Below are positions 59,691 to 64,000 of a stretch of DNA of 64,000 nucleotides, in pieces. A program made the translations under genes and the position numbers. This DNA comes from Octopus bimaculoides (taxonomy: Eukaryota): NCBI RefSeq assembly GCF_001194135.2, contig NC_068986.1:47887187-47951186 (forward strand), in the 5' to 3' direction. Numbering within the stretch: position 1 is the stretch's first letter; each line of letters starts with the position of its first letter. The notes below the pieces were generated by a model. The model saw only the letters and a program-made list of their open reading frames with translations, was not told where the DNA came from and made no database searches.

Positions 59691-60999
59691 ACAACTATTT
59701 AATAGTAATTAAATTTAACAAATAGTACTTACAATAAATTACCAATGAGAGGATGGAATCAACTGTGTGTTCCCGTTCATTTTAATTGCAATATATAGTG
59801 AAAACAAAAACGGACAAGTTCACATAAAACTCATACATGCCATATGACTGACAGTTTTCACTATTTAAACAAATGTACAGCATTTGTTATTCATTAATAG
59901 TTCAATACACGACAACTGAAAATTCTAAAAGATTGCCTCTATTGCAAACTCTCTGGACACTCTTCTAGTACCACAAAAGTTTTTGAGAGGTTAATGTAAA
60001 ATATTTGGCATGACTTCGTTGTTCTCTTAATACTGAAATTCGAAGTAAACTATCAGAAAACGGTAAAAACACTCAAGTGTTCCAAAAATCTATTATAAAC
60101 ACAGTTTATAAAACTTCTGATATTTGGTGGCCAAACTATACTGGATAGATCCATTTACAAATTTAACGCATTCTTTGCAGCTAGTTTGATTACTAAAAGT
60201 ATGTTAATTGGTCTACTCAGTTTATTTTAGCCACTAATTATGAATGGGTTTATAAGAAGTGTGTTAGTGGATAGTTACGGGGAATGTACAGTTGCTGAGG
60301 AAACTCCAAACATAATTGGAATGCGCGGTACGTACGACTGTTTCTTCCGTTGTCTGTGGATATAGTGTATATAATATTTATATTCATCATATGGTGCATT
60401 TATAAAATTTTACCATAAGACAGATTTTTTTTCTTTACGGTAACTGTAGTGAATTTGCGTTTAGAAGTTCAAATATGTCGCAAGCATATTTTAACTAACC
60501 TAAAGTTCATTCACCATAACATACAGAGTTGGCGAAAGATCTATTCTATAATACACTATTTGATTTCGGTATCACACACAGATGAGATCAAGATGAGATC
60601 GAAATATAAGTAGGTGATTAGGATTTTACAATCTTTATCATGTTCTATATTATTCTGATTCATTACGCTCTGAGTGCAAATCCTGCGATGGACAATTTTG
60701 TCTTTTATCCTTTCAGGTTGATAATACAAACTATCACCAAGTACTGGGGGTTCGAGATGTTGACTAAAACCCTCCCTTAAAAATTGTTGGCCTTGTGCCT
60801 AATGTTATTTTCATTACTATGTATTAAATGCAAAATAGGTCAAACACGATGCTACAGTTGGTTTCAATTAAAATAAAACCCACTCTAGTTAGTATTGGTG
60901 TCCATAGTACAAACGAACCCCATCCTCAAAATTGCTGGCCTTGTTTCTAAAACAGAGGCAATTTTCCTTCTTATTGTTATTATTATTATCGTTATAAGG

Positions 61000-61430
61000 T
61001 CACGCATGACTGCATAGTTGAAAAGTGAACTTCTCAACCATGTGGTTTCGAGTTCAGCCCTATTATCTAACACCTCGAATAAGTGTCTTCTGCTATAGTC
61101 CAAGGCCAAACAAAACGATGTAAGTGGGTTTAGTAAACGACAGCCGGACCAAGCCCATCGTGTGTGTGCGCGCGCGCATTAGTATCTGTTTTTCTTTGTC
61201 TTGACGTCATATGATAGTTATAAACGACTGTCACACATATAAACCATGTCTCTCGTTTCCCGTCTTCCATGAAAACATGTCCAATCATGAGGTGAGAAAA
61301 TATTAACTTACTTGGAAACCGGTGAGGGTTAGCAACTGGCCATAGAAAATCTGATTCAAGGAGTTCTATCTAATCCAGGCAAGCAAAGTAAAGTGAACGT
61401 AAAACCGACAGTGTCATTATGATACCAATG
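61000..61430 (+). mobile_element. SINE with B-like head and alternative body/tail (family E)
   Basis: Degenerate B head, then GTCTTGACGTCAT...CATGAAAACATG...TTGGAAACCGGTGAGGG...AGAAAATCTG. The reverse-complement copy is at 61760-61985. Confidence 0.65.
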
Positions 61431-61759
61431 TACAGATAACAAACTCCACTTTCCAGTTCATAACAATTTACTTATAAATTGTATCTTTTTTCCGAGAAAA
61501 TGCGACATAAAAGGCGGCATGCGACTTTTGATGTCTTTCATGAAAAACATCGATACAAAATATATGTTATACTATAAATAACAATCCATAAAGTAGTCGT
61601 TCTGTAGTTAAACTTCATATCGTTGTAGTGCGCTTCAATAATTAGTCAACTAATCAATAATCAAAATATAATGATTATTTCTGAATCAGACAGGTTTTCT
61701 GTAGTTACACAAACTCTTTGGATCTCTCGTTGACGATATAGAAAATGATGACAATGATG

Positions 61760-61985
61760 ATCATCATCCTTATTTAATGTCCACTTTTCCATGCTTAAAC
61801 ATGGGTCTGATAGAATTTGTTGAGGCAGGTTTACAACAGCCAGATGATGCCCTTCTTGCACATTTTGTCTCCAAATTTCACCAGTTTCCAAACAAGTTAA
61901 TATTTCCCCATTGCTTTACGTTTTCCAATGGCGGTGATGCTCATTTGCAACCAGCACATGACGTCAAGACAAAGATACATACATG
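61760..61985 (-). mobile_element. SINE family E 3' half
   Basis: CATCATCC..TTTAATGTCCACTTTTCCATGC...TTTCCAAACAAG..AATATTTCCCC...ATGACGTCAAGACAAAGATAC. Confidence 0.65.
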
Positions 61986-62218
61986 TCTGTGTGCTTAAAA
62001 GTTCTTGGCTTTAAGGGCATCACGAAAGGCCTAGCTGGAGGCCCAACTTTTAGAGTTCTTTTAGGGCTTAGAAAAGTGAAGGACTGCCGCAATAAGTCTG
62101 AGAGGGGAATATGTTGACTAAAATCATGATTAAGTGATCCTCGTGCATTTTTTTTAATTCTAAGCGAGGAACTTTTCATCACCCTCTCGCATACATACAT
62201 ACACACGCGCATATACAT

Positions 62219-62279
<61 letters not shown>

Positions 62280-62281
<2 letters not shown>

Positions 62282-62680
62282 GTGTGACTGCTTGGTAAAA
62301 GCTTGCTTCCCAACCACATGGTCCCTGGTTCACTCCTGCAGCATGTCTTCTACTATAGCCTCGGGTGACCAAAGCCTGAGTGGATTTGGTAGATGGAAAC
62401 AGAAAGAATCCCATCGTATGTGTGTATGTATATATATATAGATAGATAGATAGGTAGATATAAATGTGCGTGTATGTGTGTATATCTATGTGTCTGCACA
62501 TGTCCCCCTTGCCGCTGCTTGACAACTGGTGTTGGTGTGTTTATATCCCCATAATGTAGCAGTTCAGCAAAAGAGACCGATAAGATAAGTACAAGGCTTT
62601 AAATTATACAAGTCCTGGGATTCATTTGTTTGACTAAAACCCTTCAAGATGGTACCCTAGCATGGCCACAGTCATCACTG
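62280..62680 (+). mobile_element. SINE B
   Basis: Head GCTTGGTAAAAGCTTGCTTCCCAACCACATGG to tail CCCTAGCATGGCCACAGTC. Confidence 0.85.
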
Positions 62681-62724
62681 TGTGATGAAGACTTCACAGC
62701 AAGACTAAATGCTTATGGATATAG

Positions 62725-63310
62725 ATGCAGGCATGGCTGTATGGTAAGAAGCTTGCAAGGCGACGAGCTGGCAGAAACGTTAGCATGCCGGGCGAAATGC
62801 TTAGCGGTATTTCGTCTGCCATTACGTTCTGAGTTCAAATTCTGCCGAGGTCAACTTTGCCTTTCATCCTTTCGGGGTCGATAAATTAAGTACCAGTTAT
62901 GCACTAGGGTCGATGTAATCGACTTAATCCCTTTGTCTGTCTCCTCTATGTTTAGCCCCTTGTGGGCAATAAAGAAATAAGAAGCTTGCTTCCCAATCAC
63001 ACAGATCCAGTTTTAGTCCCACTGCATGGCACCTTGGTCGAGTATCTTTTACTATAGTTTCAGGCCAATCAAAACCTTGTGAGTGGATTTGGTAGATGGA
63101 AACTGAAAGAAGCTGAGTGTGTGCATGTCTCCCCCTCCACCACTTGACAACTTCTGTTGGTGTGTTTATGACCCCATAATGGTTCAGCAGAAAATGATAG
63201 AATAAGCACCAGGCTTCAAAAAGAGTACTGGCGTTGATTCATTCAACTAAGATTCGCCAAGGCGGTCCCTCAGCATGGCCACAGTCTAATGACTGAAACA
63301 AGTAGAAGGT
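62725..63310 (+). mobile_element. SINE B interrupted by SINE A (62758-62977) with 12-bp TSD
   Basis: TAAGAAGCTTGC at 62746-62757 and 62978-62989 flanks a long-tail A copy. Removing the insert restores the B head. Confidence 0.9.
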
Positions 63311-64000
63311 AGAAGATAATTCTACATATTTATTTCATATTTTGTTAGTCTGCAGAGTTTTAAGAATCCCTGATTGTAATTCAGAGTGGGATGGACTGAT
63401 ACTTGTCTGATTTATTCAGAATACATTAGAGAGGTTAAACATTTTCAAAAAGTACTTCTACACCTCAGCTGATTATGGAATTAAATAATATTCTACCATA
63501 AACTCTATACGGGAAGGTGAAATTAAATGTAATGATAGACAGTTTTAGAAAGAACATTTGACTTTCTCCTTTTACAAGGATAAGCAATACATCTTAGTAT
63601 TATGGCAAATAGCTGTGACCAATTCACCTATAAGATAACTTCATTGTCTTCTTTATCACCACTGGTTGCCATACTTTATTTCAATTATATTATATTACAA
63701 AAGAAAATTCAACACTACAGTGGTCAATAGCACATCATACGTTTTATACATGGGTGTATTATCTTCTGGCACCTGATCTTTTACAATTATTTTGTTCAGT
63801 TGAAATTAAACCCTTACAATAGATACACAATTTGGTACACAGCATAAGAAATCTAAGACATAGTCGCCCATATACGAAATAGAGTGGTTCTTTGTTAATT
63901 GAAGATGCAAAGATGATCTGATAAAAATAAATTTACAGGAAAAATGATACGTTGCTAGTTTAGATCATATATACATACATGCACACACGTGTATATACAT

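Overview
AT-rich animal genomic scaffold with 14 N-gaps (about 6 kb in total). The tRNA-derived SINE families and the density of microsatellites suggest a coleoid cephalopod such as Octopus, which is an inference. The only host gene I can support is a complete three-exon ChaC-family glutathione-specific gamma-glutamylcyclotransferase, CHAC1-like, on the + strand (12548-12706, 18028-18063, 19688-20152; 219 aa). It has a Gln where the family HRG motif has His. The rest is a very diverse set of decayed mobile elements: at least five SINE types, RTE, R4/Dong, L1/Tx1, Penelope-like (PLE), Ty3/gypsy, Helitron, piggyBac, Tc1, mariner, maT-like and hAT-like elements. The most notable hidden signals are minimal type I hammerhead ribozyme motifs (best at 50124-50215 and 41038-41080, - strand; decayed ones at 31519 and 6829), which fit the PLE fragments in the window. 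Also notable are two divergent Tx1-like ORF1 copies with no ORF2 downstream, and several near-perfect foldback structures. Most ORFs in the supplied track are microsatellite or N-gap artefacts. All family calls come from motif recognition by eye; no database searches were run.
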